DNA of 64,000 nucleotides from Amphiscolops sp. MND2022 (Eukaryota): NCBI GenBank assembly GCA_964187785.1, contig OZ076409.1, positions 92,196,001 to 92,260,000 of the forward strand, read 5' to 3'. Shown piece by piece: positions 23,990 to 37,553 of this stretch (position 1 is its first letter; each line of letters starts with the position of its first letter). The notes under the pieces were generated by a model. It saw only the letters and a program-made list of their open reading frames with translations, ran no database searches and was not told where the DNA came from. The position numbers and the translations under genes were made by a program.

Positions 23990-24790
23990 TTTGACTTTTT
24001 TAAAAGCAAAAGTTGGGATATCCTTGCTTTGCCGATTAAAAAATTCGATAAAAAGCAATCCTTGAAAAATAGGAAAATAAAAATCTCGCCTTTCAATGCC
24101 ATTTGTCAAAGTATTTTGGCTCACGAAGCTGTTACTTGCCATGATAAACGTCAAAAAACGATTAGAGTGCCATATTTAAAATTTGCTTTTCATTTGTGGG
24201 AGGTTCATGCTAACACTTCGTCCAGCGATTAGGATACTTTCGATTCCAGTGCAAATGGGCTGTCGTAGTAAACTGTCATTCAAGATAGAAGCTACGGGAA
24301 CCTTTTCTTCCCACATTTTGGTGAAATTTTGTGAAAATATAGAAGAATATTGATAATCTACAGATTTAAGGTGAATTTCAGCCTCATGATTTTTATTCAT
24401 ATCATTTTCTTCAAAACGGATACCCTGTTTTGACTTTTCTAAAGGCAAACGTTAGGACGTCCTTGCTTCGCTTATTTAGAAAATCGACAAAACCGATTCT
24501 TGAAAAATGGGAAAATTAAAATCCCCTCTTTCAAATGCCATTCCAAAATGCCATTTGTCAAAGTATTTAGGCTCACGAAGCTGTTACTTGCCATGATAAA
24601 CGTCAAATAGCGATTAGAGGGCCATATTTAAAATTTGCTTTTCATTTGTGGGAGGTTCATACTAACACTTTCTTCAGCGGTTATGGTACTTTGAAGTCTG
24701 GTGCAAATGGGCAGTGGCAAGCTGTCATTCAAGACAAAAGCAAAAGGAACGTTTTCCACTCACACTTTGGTAAAAATTAGTTAAAATATA
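23990..24790. repeat. local tandem duplication (~350-440 bp)
   Basis: 23990-24345 matches 24425-24800 (gctcacgaagctgttacttgccatgataaacgtcaaa twice). Confidence 0.8.
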
Positions 24791-25304
24791 GATAAATATT
24801 GAAAACTTGGTAGCTGATTGCGTGGAATTATGTTCCATCGTGAAAGCACAGTTTTAAAAAGTTCAAATAGTTATCGAAACCCACATTTGATGAAAATCAT
24901 TGAGGAAAAATTCTTTTCTTGAAACATGTTTGTTTGTTGAGAGAAAAACCAAGCATATCTAGGAATGTATCAAGAAGATGCGGCCGAAAAACAACTAAAC
25001 CCAGAATGTAATCGGTGAATATTTCACGAGTTAGCACTTAATATGTGAGAGCTTAAGGCGTCGTCTTTGGATATTCTTTGGCTTTGTGCCTTTTTTCGAT
25101 TTATTTTCTAAGTTTTTAGCGAATTTGAAGTACTTTGAGCTTCCCAGTCCTGAGTGGGGGTGCCGACTGAAGACGGTCCCGTCTTTTTTCAACCGGGGAG
25201 ACCCTTTATATGGTTGTAAGAATGTTATTCAACCTTAAACTCTGAAAATCTCAAGAAATGAAAAGGGACACTGGTTCAAACTGATAGTAATTTCGAAATT
25301 CCAG

Positions 25305-25502
25305 ATGACTGGATTGGCCAGGTGGACGTCAATGTTTGTACTTCCGGAGTCGGCTGCACCTTCTGTGGGCAAACCAAAGCCGCTGGACCATCCGACTGGA
25401 CTTATCTGGAATGTGCGGGTGATGGAGTCGTAGGCAGCACGGTGCTTGTAAGGTCCACATTCAGCCATTTGTCTTTCTGCGAAATCGAGATTTTCGGAGA
25501 AC
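25305..25502 (+). CDS. lectin gene exon: F-type lectin domain 1, C-half
   Basis: ...HLSFCEIEIFG, typical F-lectin L-x-x-CE-x-E-x-x-G end. Confidence 0.8.
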
Positions 25503-25939
25503 GTGAGTTTTAATTCTTGTAGTTTCAACATGAATCCAACACGGCACTCAAAAAAGTGAATTTTCAGAAAAAATGTTTTTCTCAATAATTTTTTCACCGT
25601 TGGGCTAAGTGAAGCCATACTTCGATAACGTGGCATTTCTTCAAGTAGTTTCATATCGCCAAACAATAATTGTCACAAATATCCACCCATCAAAAATTAT
25701 ATTAACCACATTACGACAATCGTTAACTTCAATGACAATATTCGATGTAGCAGATTGGTATGCAATTACCGCCTCCTATAATTTTCAATTGACAGATTTT
25801 CAAAGCTACAATCAATCGCGATAATCCTTCAAACTGATTTCCTTCTTTCAAATCTGAGTTCTTTTCTGAATTTAGTTCTTTTCGAATAGAAGGAAAGGTT
25901 ATGGAAAACTTTGAGTTCAGATTTGTTTGCATGTTTCAG

Positions 25940-26158
25940 CCGTTACTCCATTGAAATCAATCGAAATCAAAGGGGCATCAGGGGATATCGCGTTCACCGG
26001 TCATCCGGTTACTGTCATTGAGAAGTCATGGGACAGATTAAACAGCACAACGTATTCCGATTGTTACATTTCTAACATGCAAGCTGGGGCATATGCCACT
26101 TACGACATCGAGTTCTCTAGAGTACGAGCAATCCAAATTTTGAACAGAGATGATTGCT
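25940..26158 (+). CDS. lectin gene exon: F-type lectin domain 2, N-half
   Basis: SWDRLNST...CYISN...LNRDDC; phase-1 splice sites. Confidence 0.8.
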
Positions 26159-27578
26159 GTAAGTTGAGAGCATTTCGTACTGAAAGGTGGTGAGAAAATG
26201 AGTAATTCTTTTGTTTACTCGTTTATGAGCCGGTATTTAGCCCCAAGTCTTCAAAAACAGGCTCCACAAGTCAGAGTCTGTTCAAAATTGGGAAGATTTT
26301 TCCAATGTTCTCTTTTAAAAAAATTTGGGAAAAATTAGTCCTACAGTTGTATCGGTATCAGGTATATTATCAAATATCCGGTTAGAAAAATGCCTAATAC
26401 TTTATTTGAAACCGGGTAAGAGTTGATAACGTTTTTTTCAACGTTGTTAGTCAACAGAGTCGTTGAATAACTAACAAAACGATTGCCCCAATTGTTTTTT
26501 CCTTTCATTTCCGGCTGATTGCATGGCTTTGATGATTCTCCACAGCATCAAAAAAATCCATTTTTTGCCAATACGTCTATCCGTTGATCAATTGAAAAGG
26601 TATTTTAAAAAACATCTTCATTCCAAGAAAGAAAATTCACATTGAAGCAAAAAAAGATTGAAAAAGTTGTATTCAAAACAATTCGGTATCTGGTTAATAT
26701 CCGGTAGAAAAATCTCTGAAATATCTGGTATTCGGTAAGTTCTCATCGGGTTACAATGCTAATTTAAACTTCAAATATGTCAATCAACCAATACATCATC
26801 GGATATCGAGATGATTGGAAAAAAAAATCAAACACTGTCAGTAAAATTTTGGTATTTGTGTCAAATAAACGCCTTGTTCAATTTCCTGTGAATCCGTAAT
26901 AGACAGTACACCAAACTTGTTATTTTCCGCCCCCACCAATTTATTGTGTAGGAGGAGGAAAGCCACCGTCTGTGTAGCGTTTTTTTCCAAGTTCTGACAA
27001 ATCTCCACTTTATTTCTGCATTTAATATGTGGACAGTTTATTCACCGTGGCCCACTTGGTAGTGCGTCCGCCTGGCAGACAGACCTCTTTCTCAGGGCAA
27101 CAAACTTGCCATTTTTTGTTCGAGAGAGGTTTCAAATCGAAAATTGCACGAACAAATATGCAATCTTTCTATCAAAAAATCAAGAGAAATCGAACAGTGA
27201 AGAGTCAATCGTCGAAGGCCTAGGCCTTAAGATTATGAACCACCTACAGTCATAAATTCGTTTGAAATAAGAAGAATACACTATTTTGTATCTATGACCA
27301 CTACAATACATGTATTCAGTTGGCTATAAGAGTTGCATTTGGAATATTGATTTTTTTTATTTGAAGCCGAAATGTTTACAATCAAATTGTACCAGCGAAC
27401 TCAAGAGATTTGGGGCATACATTGGCTAAAAATTTTGAAAGATTGAGAAAGTGTCAAATTGATTAAAATTTGTCAGAATTTACTAATTCTAACTATTGTA
27501 AGATATTAATATGATTTGAAATTCGCCATTCTAAGCAAGGGAGTTGCGATATTTTAGACGGCTACTGTATCTATTCTA

Positions 27579-27978
27579 CAGGGTCTTTCAGAAGTTATGT
27601 GTCAAAACAATCTTCGAATCGTGAGAAGTGATCATATTTAACACGAATGGTTTTTTGGTTTCATAGAGAAACATAGGACCTCTTGATTGGTGTTTTTTGT
27701 GTCGCTTTTTACAATTTTGTTGTTAAGTGGAAAGTGCCTTTCTTCACACGTCCTCTTTCAGGTCATGAACCAACTTATTCAATATCAGGAAGCAATTTCA
27801 CCTGCGTAAAGGTCATTGGAGGTCATTTCCAGCACCTAGTGTAGATGAATAAACGTTTGATGCATCAAAAACAAAAGTTCTATATTTTATTGAAAATCGG
27901 TTTCAAAATCGTAACGTTCTGAAAAATAGGTATTGAGATATTTGAAATTAAAGTTGACACCAATTTTGAAAGACCCTG
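27579..27978. mobile_element. Tc1/mariner-type MITE
   Basis: TA|cagggtctttca ... tgaaagaccctg|TA. Confidence 0.75.
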
Positions 27979-28020
27979 TATAATGAAGAGTAAATGAAGA
28001 GCTTGCTAATTTCTTTCCAG

Positions 28021-28221
28021 GCGAATGGTCTGAGGGCATTCTTGTGGATGTGTGCATTGATGACACTGGTTGTGAGCGATGTGGAGTGACACCTCACGTT
28101 GGAAAAGGACAATGGACTTATCTCGAGTGCGCGGGAAATAATGGAGTTCTGGGCAACAAAATCAAATTTGTCACTACTGTCTCACATCTGCAGATATGCG
28201 AGTTGTACGTCGTGGGACAAA
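28021..28221 (+). CDS. lectin gene exon: F-type lectin domain 2, C-half
   Basis: ...HLQICELYVVG; phase-1 splice sites. Confidence 0.8.
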
Positions 28222-29060
28222 GTGAGTATGACAAAAACATGTTACATGTCAAAAAACAAGGAGATAAAAATCTGCATGATCAATTTCCGAAAATGCGATA
28301 TCCTGAGAACCGCTGTTAACAAAATGTGTTTGCGACGAACTTTGTGCCTTTGATTAAGATCTCTAACTTCTAATTTTAACCTTTTCTGGAAACGACCTCC
28401 TTAAGAATTTTCACTGCAAAATGATTACTCAATGCGAAAGCTTGTTTTTTTTCTCCGTTTAACAGAATTACATGTTTTCGGCTGTTCATTTCCAAGAAAA
28501 TATTTTCAGAATAATTGTAAATTATGAAAGTTAAAGAATGATGTAAAAGCTACAAAAATAATCGGAGGTTTTTCAAAGGGTGAATTTCACAGTACTGTCT
28601 GCGGACATCATGCAAATCCGGGTTTCAAAATTTCATCAGAAGTACAGTACTGTGATTAAGAAAAAATTCCCGGGAGATTCCGGCTCGATTTTATCGAAAT
28701 TGCTTGAAAATTTCGAAACACCAAAAATGAAAATTTTGGAATTTCCTTTTGTCTACATTAGTATTTTTTACAAAAATTGACAAAATTACAAACAGCTTAG
28801 ATTGAACGTTCGGCCACAGTGTTCTCGGCTCGTTTTATGTTCAATTACCTCCCACAAGTCTACTGAATCCATGGATGTGCTTTGATTCGAAAATGATCAA
28901 CCGTTCGCGAAATATCAAGCTCAAAAGAACAATTTTCAATTTACAAAAAGTTCACTTGATGCGCCAATCAAATTTGAAAATGAGAGCAAATAAACAATTT
29001 TAATTGTCTGAGAATGTCAAAGGGGACTATTTCTTAATCATAGTACTTCATGGTGTTTAG

Positions 29061-29288
29061 TTGAGCCGCCACATAAAGTGCTCCCAATACTCAGCGGACA
29101 AGGGGTAAGAGCGTGGCATGGACACCCTGAAACTACCATAGGCCAATCTTACGACTTGTCGTATAACACCAACTACGCCCATTGTTACGTAACTGAAACT
29201 CAAGCTGGTACAGAGGCTGATTATTTCATCAAAAGGTCAACCGTCAAGGGGCTCCGAATTTTGAACAGAGATGACCCCACATGCTGTA
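29061..29288 (+). CDS. lectin gene exon: F-type lectin domain 3, N-half
   Basis: SYDLS...CYVTE...LNRDDPTCC; phase-1 splice sites. Confidence 0.8.
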
Positions 29289-30522
29289 GTAAGTACAAAC
29301 ATTCACTCCCTTGTACCCACGGTGCGGCATAGCGGCAACTTATCAAGCGACAAACCATATCAGAGGACAACTCATATCAAATCAAAAAGACGACAACCCA
29401 TATCAAACGGTCGCTCATAAAGAGCGACAACTTATACAGCTTCGTTAAAACGTTACAAATACTTCAAGAACAATTTATAAATAACTGCAAGTAGAAATTT
29501 CAAACGTTATTTGGGGTTATTTCGCATGTTGAGCGCCATACTCAACATTATTTTCTCTGCAACCCTTTTGGACAAAGGTGTGATAAGGAAGTGATATCGA
29601 TGACAGATATTTACCATAAAATCTTTTATGTAATTTGTTTGTAATTTATAAATAATTTAGCGGGTTTAGTGGACTGACGTTTCATTGACGCGTAACATTT
29701 TCCAATTATCCTTTTCAGTCGAATTCTGTAATAAACATGCCGCATTATTACAGCGACTAATTTTTCCCCGTCAGATGACAGAATGCACCTGATTGGTCCT
29801 TTTTCAACATATTTTGTTCACGCTGCTTGCTTGGCCTAGAGGGTTCGAACCCATCGCTGATCTTTAAACGGGGCGCCGGCTTCAGACTGTTGCGTCATTT
29901 TAGAAACCTCGTTACTAGGAGCGACCAGGAATTGACAAATCCGAAATTTTGACATCAAAAATTTGATTTTATTGACCAAAAGACAAAAATTCACCCTATA
30001 CTCAACAAAAATCGATAATTCGGAGCAAATATCTGCCAGCCGTTCTAGGAAATTTCAAAATTGGGGCGATAGAGCTGTTTACCTAGTGATTAAAATGTCC
30101 AGAGATTGTCTTTGTGGTAGTCGGCGCACTTGAGTCGCTTTTGTCCGTTGTTTGACGCTGTTCACTCAGGTACGCAGACAGATTACAAAATAACTGACAG
30201 CGAAAATTGACCTAGCAGCTACAAATGCACGAAAATTGACTTTACTGACCTGTGGTTGCCCCTACTCATCAGAACTGCCGCGGGAATGGGATGGGTTTGG
30301 GAACGTCTATTTATTAAATGGGAATTCCCATCTAATGGGGATTTTTTTGACAAAACTTCATAAAATAATAAAATGTCCTTTCCTTTTTCAGAGAAAATGG
30401 ATTCATTTGTAAATATTGAGAAGGCTCAATAATTTTCAAATTTGGTGGGAATGTTCACTATGCTTGCTTGGCCTAGATGGTTCGAATCCGCCGCTGATCT
30501 CAGAGAGGGGCATAGATTTTAG

Positions 30523-31387
30523 TAGAGGTGTACCAGACATCACTTCCGGTCCGGTATCCGACCGAATTTCGGAACAATGCCCCATCCGGTTTCCGGCCGG
30601 AGTTTTGACGAAATCCAGCCGGACAAATATTTAAGCAAATGATCGCATATCGAAATTACAAACATGGAATTTGACAATCACGCATTTATTAACACTTTTG
30701 AACAATTTATCGACAACAGTCAAGTTTCCGGCATTTTGAATCTTTTTTTGGGAACAACGTTCACTTTCCTTTTCGTCATACTCAATGCCTAATTCTGAAA
30801 ATAGGCTCCTTCGGGGCTCAGTACTATTTCTGCTCTAATCTTTCATTAATTAAAGAATCATATCTGGAATACCAATACACTCTTGTTTAATCATTTAGTC
30901 ACAATTAATCACTGTACAAGTTTACACCGCCTTTAATTCTTCTCGGACTAAAGAAAATATAACTACTAAGCGTAGACGAAGTTTCGCATTCGCATTTGAA
31001 AGCAGGCGAAGTTCTCAACGAACGAATAATTAACACTCATTCGCTTCATCTCAATAACTCGGGGCAACGAAAGCACAATTACGAACATTCGCTCGCTTCA
31101 TCTCAATGACGTCAGCATACGAAAGGATAATTACCACTCGCTCGTTCCATCGCACTAGAATTGAATTGTCGTCGGCAGCTTGAGGAATTCAATTCTCACG
31201 CGTAACTGCCGAAAATATCTGAATTATTCAGTCTCCAAAAATTGTACTGAAAAAAAGTAGACATTTTCAGATTTCAATAATATTCCTGCTAAAGCAGAAA
31301 TATTAAAAACAGTCGTTTCTCGCTAACACTTAAGAATAATGTCCGGTCGGTATACAGCTCATATTTGATCTGTCCGGTGCACTTCTA
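30523..31387. mobile_element. hAT-type MITE
   Basis: TIR tagaggtgtaccagaca / tgtccggtgcacttcta; 8-bp TSD gattttag / gactttag; empty-site paralogue at ~29815-29910. Confidence 0.75.
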
Positions 31388-31438
31388 GACTTTAGACTGT
31401 TGCGTCATTTTAGAGTACTCATTGCTTTTTCGTTTCAG

Positions 31439-31647
31439 CCGAGTGGACCGGAGGCGTAGTGGTCGACGTGTGTGACGGAGATGACAAGGACAGCTGCGAG
31501 AGGTGTGGTATTACAGTGCAAGCTCCGAGGGGCTTGTGGAACACACTCATCTGTGACGATGATGAGGGGATTGTGGGGAACCGAGTCCACCTGGTCACAA
31601 CTGTCAGCCACCTGATTGCTTGCGAGTTACAAATCCTAGGCGTTTGA
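31439..31647 (+). CDS. lectin gene last coding exon: F-type lectin domain 3, C-half
   Basis: ...HLIACELQILGV then TGA. Confidence 0.8.
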
Positions 31648-32801
31648 GCAAGTAAGTTATTTGGTTGTGTCGAAAAAGTGAAGGGGACAAAGCAATCAGA
31701 GTTTTGATATCCCTATTTTTTCGCTAATCGCTAAACCGCTAAATTAAAAATAGCTTAAGTATAAAATATAACTTAATTCAACTTTTGCAAGGAAAAAAAC
31801 TAAAATTTTTATAGTGTAGGTTTTACAGAAGTTGGAAAACTTCGGAACTAGAAAATTTTGAAATTGGAAAATTCATTAGTTGTCGCTACTTTAAATTGCT
31901 GAAAAAGTCTGCACGGCCGCTTATTCGTTTATTAGCGATGTCAAAACTTCAACAGTAATCCAGACGTATGTCACGTTTCAGGAAGGTAATGGCATTGTTT
32001 TGTCTGATACTTGAATTGTTTCGGTTTGCGAATTTCAAATTTAGAAATTCCTGTCCAAAATATAGAAAACAGTCTTCTTCGACGGAATCCCAGTTTTCAA
32101 GCCTTGGTAGAATTATCATTTCCCAATCAATTCAACTTCTGAACGGTCCGAATTTACTTTAAGATGCCTTGCCTTTTAGGTATGTGCATAGTATTGTCCA
32201 CGAAACGTTTTTATGGACGTACCATTTGTTTCAGAGACTGAGATATCTGAAATAGAATGACACAATATTTGAAAACGAATGGATTGAACGTGACGTCGAA
32301 TTTCAAGTGCGGGGTTTCGTCATCTATTTCAATATGTTGGAGGCGGGTGTATATTCGAAGAAATTCAAAAACTTCATTATTCCATTTTTCTTCGATCAGA
32401 CAAAACTTTTTCCTTTATTTTCGACACAGAAATTGATTGATACATAGACGACGTTCAACTTTATTTCACATTTTAAACTTTTGGTAGTTTTGAGCACTTG
32501 TTATGGGTTTCAGTGTCTCGGAATGCAAGAATGAGCAAAAACCAGGGGTTGCACAGAACAGTCCGTTTCTAGATCTGTAGAAAAAAGTTAAGGTATCAAA
32601 ATATTTGATTGAAAATAGAAACATGTCAAATACCAAAAATCACAAACAGCACTAAGTAAAAAGCTGCAAAAAACTACCCTGAAATATAAAAATCATTTCA
32701 TGTATTCTAAAAACGCATGAGCTTCAGAACCACTGTATATGTTCCGATGCGTACTAAAAGTTTGCTAAATATAGAAGCACCTGAATTGTTATCAAAGTTG
32801 A

Positions 32802-33356
32802 TCAAATAGCCAGTTGATCAGCCGTAGCCGATGACGTCAGTTTGTGATATTGGCCAACTTCTCGCTCCAACCCCTGCTCCGAGATTGACCCAGAAGACTT
32901 GGCTGAAACTAGTCTCGAGAAAAACTTTGTCACAGGACCAGGTAAATCTCTGAAGCGGTATCCCCGGTAATAGAGAGCCCATACACCAACCAGTGTGGCG
33001 ATGAGAACAAACACAAAAGACACTACTTTCAGGCCGGTGTACAGAGTATGCGATGCTTTTTCCTGCTCCGAGCAGACTACCTTTGTCTCCAACTCGAACA
33101 AGTAATAACAGTTTGACTCGTCTCTGCCTGTACTAGCTTTGACGTGTTTTACATTGCCATGCAACTTGCCAGGCAAGCATGTTAGAATGACAACTGTTGA
33201 CCGCGGGAAGCCTTGGCAAGGTCCAGAAGAGTACTTGTTGCCACTTCCGAACTTCATAATCATGTGGTTCGATCCTTGGATTATTTCTGTATCATTTTGC
33301 GAACCCAAAACTACAACATCTTCCTTTGTGGTTGAACTTCTCTGCCAAACTGCAGC
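32802..33356 (-). CDS. CD-M6PR-like paralogue A, exon 2 (MRH domain, TM helix, YHKL tail)
   Basis: AAVWQ...G.KY...C..PRST..LTC...CYYLFELET..VC matches the MRH fold; TM VVSFVFVLIATLVGVWAL; acag acceptor. Confidence 0.8.
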   Translation of the reverse strand, partial: AAVWQRSSTTKEDVVVLGSQNDTEIIQGSNHMIMKFGSGNKYSSGPCQGFPRSTVVILTCLPGKLHGNVKHVKASTGRDESNCYYLFELETKVVCSEQEKASHTLYTGLKVVSFVFVLIATLVGVWALYYRGYRFRDLPGPVTKFFSRLVSAKSSGSISEQGLEREVGQYHKLTSSATADQLAI

Positions 33357-33709
33357 CTGTCATTAGTTTCAAAAACTATGATTAGAATACAAAAAAAGTT
33401 CAGTAAATTGTCTCCAGCTGTAAAAACTTTTTCAAAATTCAAAAACTGTCTTCTATCATTTCTACATAAGATTTTCCGGGTGCAATCTCAATTTAAAATC
33501 GCCTCTTACGAGGCTCATTGATATTTCTGCAACAAAAATTTTCCGAAAAAAAATATCAAAAAGAATATTCATAACAATATTTCTACATAAGTTTATTATC
33601 TTAGTTTAGGTCTACTTAGAGTTCTCAAAAAGGAAAACCGAATAAGTTTTACTGAAAAATCCAAAGCTGAGATTATCGGCTTTCTTAGTAGCATAAAGGA
33701 CAACCACAA

Positions 33710-34908
33710 CAAGACGGGAACGTCTAAAGTCGTCGCTATATCTAAGGCTCAAAAAGTGCATTTTAAAAAAAATATGAGTAGGACGTTTTCATGAAAAACT
33801 CCGGTTTTTGGACCTCCGTCCCCTTCTTACAAAAACGCAATATAGTTCAGATATGACATCAAAAGTTCGGATATAGCGCTTCACTTCGGATATTGAGTAA
33901 AAAATTCGGATAGTATTGAAAGAAAATATAGATATATATTGACAAAACCTAATATCAGACGAAAATGATAACTTTGAAACAGTCTCATAGTGCCGAAAAA
34001 TCTGATAGGGGGACCCTTTGGGATTTTTTAACATTCATTTTGTTGTAAAATGTCAAAAACCTCGAAGGGGGACATTAAAAAATTTCGAAAAAGTCGCACA
34101 GTGCCGAAAATAATCGAAAGGGGGACACTTTGCTTCAAGTTTCCGCTGACCGGACTTGGCCTTAGTAGTTTTAGTAGTTTCTGTAAAAAGTGGACCTTCC
34201 AGCTGTTGAAAGTTATTGGACTAGCTACAAAAAAAATTGTTAAGAAATGGTGGACACCATTACAATGATATTCCAGCTCACGATTGATTGAATTGTCCTC
34301 GACTAAACCTTTCAAATCCAGACAGATTTCTCTGAACAACCCCAATTGCAAACCCGTTAAATTTAACTGAAAATGTGCAAACTGGAGTATCAGTAACGTG
34401 TAACTTGAATAAAAGAAAATAAAGCGTTTTTGAATACTAAACAAGTCGAGAACGGCATATATCGGCGTCATATCTAAAGCTCAAAAATAGCTAAATGACT
34501 TCAAAGTGTCAAGTATACTTCTACAGTACCTGAAAAACCCAAAAGTTGGAGCGAATTGGCGCGCTACCGGGCCCTCGGTGCGATAAAAGAGGGGACCGTT
34601 TCGGATTTTTCAACATCCACTGTTGCAAAACATCAAAAATTTGAAGGGGGACCCTTTGGGGAAAATTTTTTTTCGAAAAAAGCCTCACAATGCCGAAAAA
34701 AGTAAAAGGTGGCCCTTTAGTCTCGCCCGGTACTGTATGTTACGCGGAAAACGGTAAAAACTTTTTTGGTTCAGTTCGCTAGGCCAAATGGTTCAATTTG
34801 ACATAATAAAATTTTGTAGAACTTTGTAGAACTATTTTGGTCAGTTCGTGTCGATTGAAAAAAGTCACTATAATAGTCGCGTTTCACTTCATGAAGCGAT
34901 GACTAAAA
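33710..34908 (-). repeat. cluster of HINE-like interspersed repeat copies (intron of paralogue A)
   Basis: two copies of the ...tatatctaaggctcaaaaa end with gggggacccttt motifs. Confidence 0.65.
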
Positions 34909-35041
34909 ATGAGCAAACTATTCCGACAAACTAAGGTAAGACAGGATGGAAGTAGATTAGAATTCCACTAGCTTTCTCTGAGCAGGACTGAACGTTTGGC
35001 AAGATAATTAGGTCGGGAAATTGATGAAAGTTACTACGGAC

Positions 35042-35263
35042 CTGTGAATGTCGGTTGTTGCACAAATGCACTATGTAGTCCAGATCGGCTTTTTGGTCTT
35101 TGATGATGAAACCATAATACTGAAGAGGTTTTAGCACGTCTAAAATTTGGAGTCTTTCTTGGTCCATGGATTTACCAGAACACAGAAATGGCATGCTGCT
35201 TGTTTCTTCACATTGCACGGCCACATATTGCAATAAAACTGCTATTAATATGTACAAACTCAT
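35042..35263 (-). CDS. CD-M6PR-like paralogue A, first coding exon (signal peptide)
   Basis: MSLYILIAVLLQYVAVQC...YIVHLC; phase-0 junction in frame with exon 2; acceptor just upstream of the ATG. Confidence 0.7.
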
Positions 35264-35344
35264 TACTGTTTCTGAAACGAACACAAATAAGTGATGAATT
35301 CACATTCGAGACAGAAACTAGAGGGCATAAACTGAACCATGTTA

Positions 35345-35517
35345 CACTCAACTCCGTTTATAACGAATACGTACATAACGATATTCCGGTTATAGCGGTA
35401 GAGTTTCACGGTCCCGGCCGCTATGCTAGTATATAACGATTTTCGCCAATAACGATATTCGGATATAACGATCAAAAACGCAGGTCCCGGGGCAATCGTT
35501 ATAAGCGGAGTTGAGAG
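35345..35517. mobile_element. Tc1/mariner (pogo-like) MITE
   Basis: TA|cactcaactccgtttataacga ... tcgttataagcggagttgagag|TA. Confidence 0.75.
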
Positions 35518-36380
35518 TACAGGATTCGCAGGATGCTCCTCTAATTTAGCTATTCCTAACTTAAGGAAACTTAAATACCCTAAGCGGCCACTTAGCGCAA
35601 TTCGAATTTTGAGCTAGCAAAGTTATATCCATCGGGCAACCAATGAAATTGCCTCAAAGAATTTCAAAATACTCTCGGCGTCTACTAAAACAGTCTGTCG
35701 AAAAAAATTTCTAGGCGAGTGGAATAACCTTGACTGTCCTACGAAGTTGTTTGCAAGCCAAGACAATTGAAGATTTGTTACATCTGAAAATCAATTTCCA
35801 AAACTTCGAGGAATTCGTTTCTCATTAGCGGTCGCTAAGCTGTTAGCGGTAAGCTGAGAAAAAGCGAAATGAGCAAAAAGCGCACATCTGAAAAGCGAGG
35901 TCAACTATTGGCGAATTTCTATTAATACATTGCTTTCCACAATTAAAAAACGTGGTTTCAAGAAATCGCCCACCCCCAATAAATGATCGCGGTTATCGAC
36001 CAATTGAAGTTGTTCATTTGCTCTCAATTTCATCTTCAATTGGTGCATTAGGTGAAGCCTCAGACGCAGAAAAAATCTTGAGCACCTTTTTGAAAAATCG
36101 CCCCGAATGTCTAGAATCCAGTGGCAATATCTTTACCACAAAAACGTTCCACCTTTTTTTTTACCACCAAAACGTACATGTAAATTGAGAAAATTTTACA
36201 TTTTGAAAATGATACATGAAAAAAATCGATCAATTTCAAAATCAAAACACATCTATGGCTTCGATAGATTTGAGGGAGATTATCGAGTATGAAAACTGCA
36301 GGTAAAAGGGTTTAAAATAGTTAAAAACGACAAAAAGCCCTATTTTGCTCAAAATGAGCTATTTAAAACTTTTTTCTGTT

Positions 36381-37283
36381 TTTAGTCGGCGCTTTTCGTA
36401 GAAAAACGCAGACTATAGTAGTGACTGTAAGACCAACGAAGTGACAGATTTTATAAGCTGACTTGAACTAACACTAAATGCCACACTACTTCTACTGGCA
36501 CTTGAGATAGAGGTTAATTAGGCTTTTTGAGGTCCCCTTTTACATTTTTCGGCACTATGCGACTTACCGGGGACCAAAAGTCCTCATGCGGGTACTGTAG
36601 AAGAGAATATTCGACACTTCGAAGCCCTTTTGCTATTTTTGAGCCTTAGATATGGCGCCGCCAATTTGGGCCGTTCCCGGCTTGTTAAAATATGCCCAGG
36701 ATGTTTCTATAAAAAACTCAGAAAACAGTTTCGAAACAACAAAGGGTGCCTTTTGTGCTCGGAAAACGCTGCAGAAGTTCAGATGTAGCGTGCTGAGACA
36801 AATGAGAGCGCTTTTTTCGATACTACGCCTGCTCCTTCGTTAAACGCAAATTACTTCGGATATAGTGTAAAAATTCGAGAAGTATTAAAAATTATTGATG
36901 AATATATATTGAGAAAAGCTATTTTCAGACAAAACGAGAATTTTGAACCAGTCTCATATTGCCGAAAAATTTAAAAGGGGGATTCTTTGGGCTTTTTAAT
37001 ATCTAATTTGTTGCAAAAAATTTTAAACCATTGAAGGGGGACCCTTTGGAGACATTAAGTCTCACGGTGCCGAAAAAATCCAAAGGGGACCCTATAATCT
37101 CGTCCGGTTTTGTATTTTACGTTAAAAATGGAATAAATGAAAGGGGGACCCTTTGCACTAACTTAGATGTGTTTCCGCTTGCCGGTCCAGTAGTTTAGTA
37201 GTTCTGTAAAAAGTGTCCACTACGCATACATTCTGTTATCTGACAAAAAAAACTTGCCACTGTATTAGTCGCGATCATTTTCT
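36381..37283. repeat. two oppositely oriented HINE-like repeat copies
   Basis: tttagtcggcgc...ggcgccg...cttgtt (36381-36687) and reverse copy ending gcgccgactaaaa (~37283). Confidence 0.6.
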
Positions 37284-37553
37284 ACTGAAATGCGCCGACT
37301 AAAAAAACTATTGCCAATGGTGGAAACTAGATGAATTTCCATTAAACTCTTATTTTCGATGTTTTTTTATAATTTCCAACCGATTTCGAGAAATCGATGT
37401 TAAAATCGCCCGAGGATGCTTTGTTAATCACAGTACTGTATATGCCCGATGTTCAAGAAATGCAGGAATTTAGTAACCAACCTATAATAATTTTTAAAAA
37501 CTTTATTTAGGAACCTTTTTCAACCAATTAGTTAGCGACTGGTAAAGAAGAAA

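Noticed and set aside
31645..31647. selenocysteine or readthrough at TGA
   Set aside because: The domain is already complete, and no SECIS or downstream coding exon is evident
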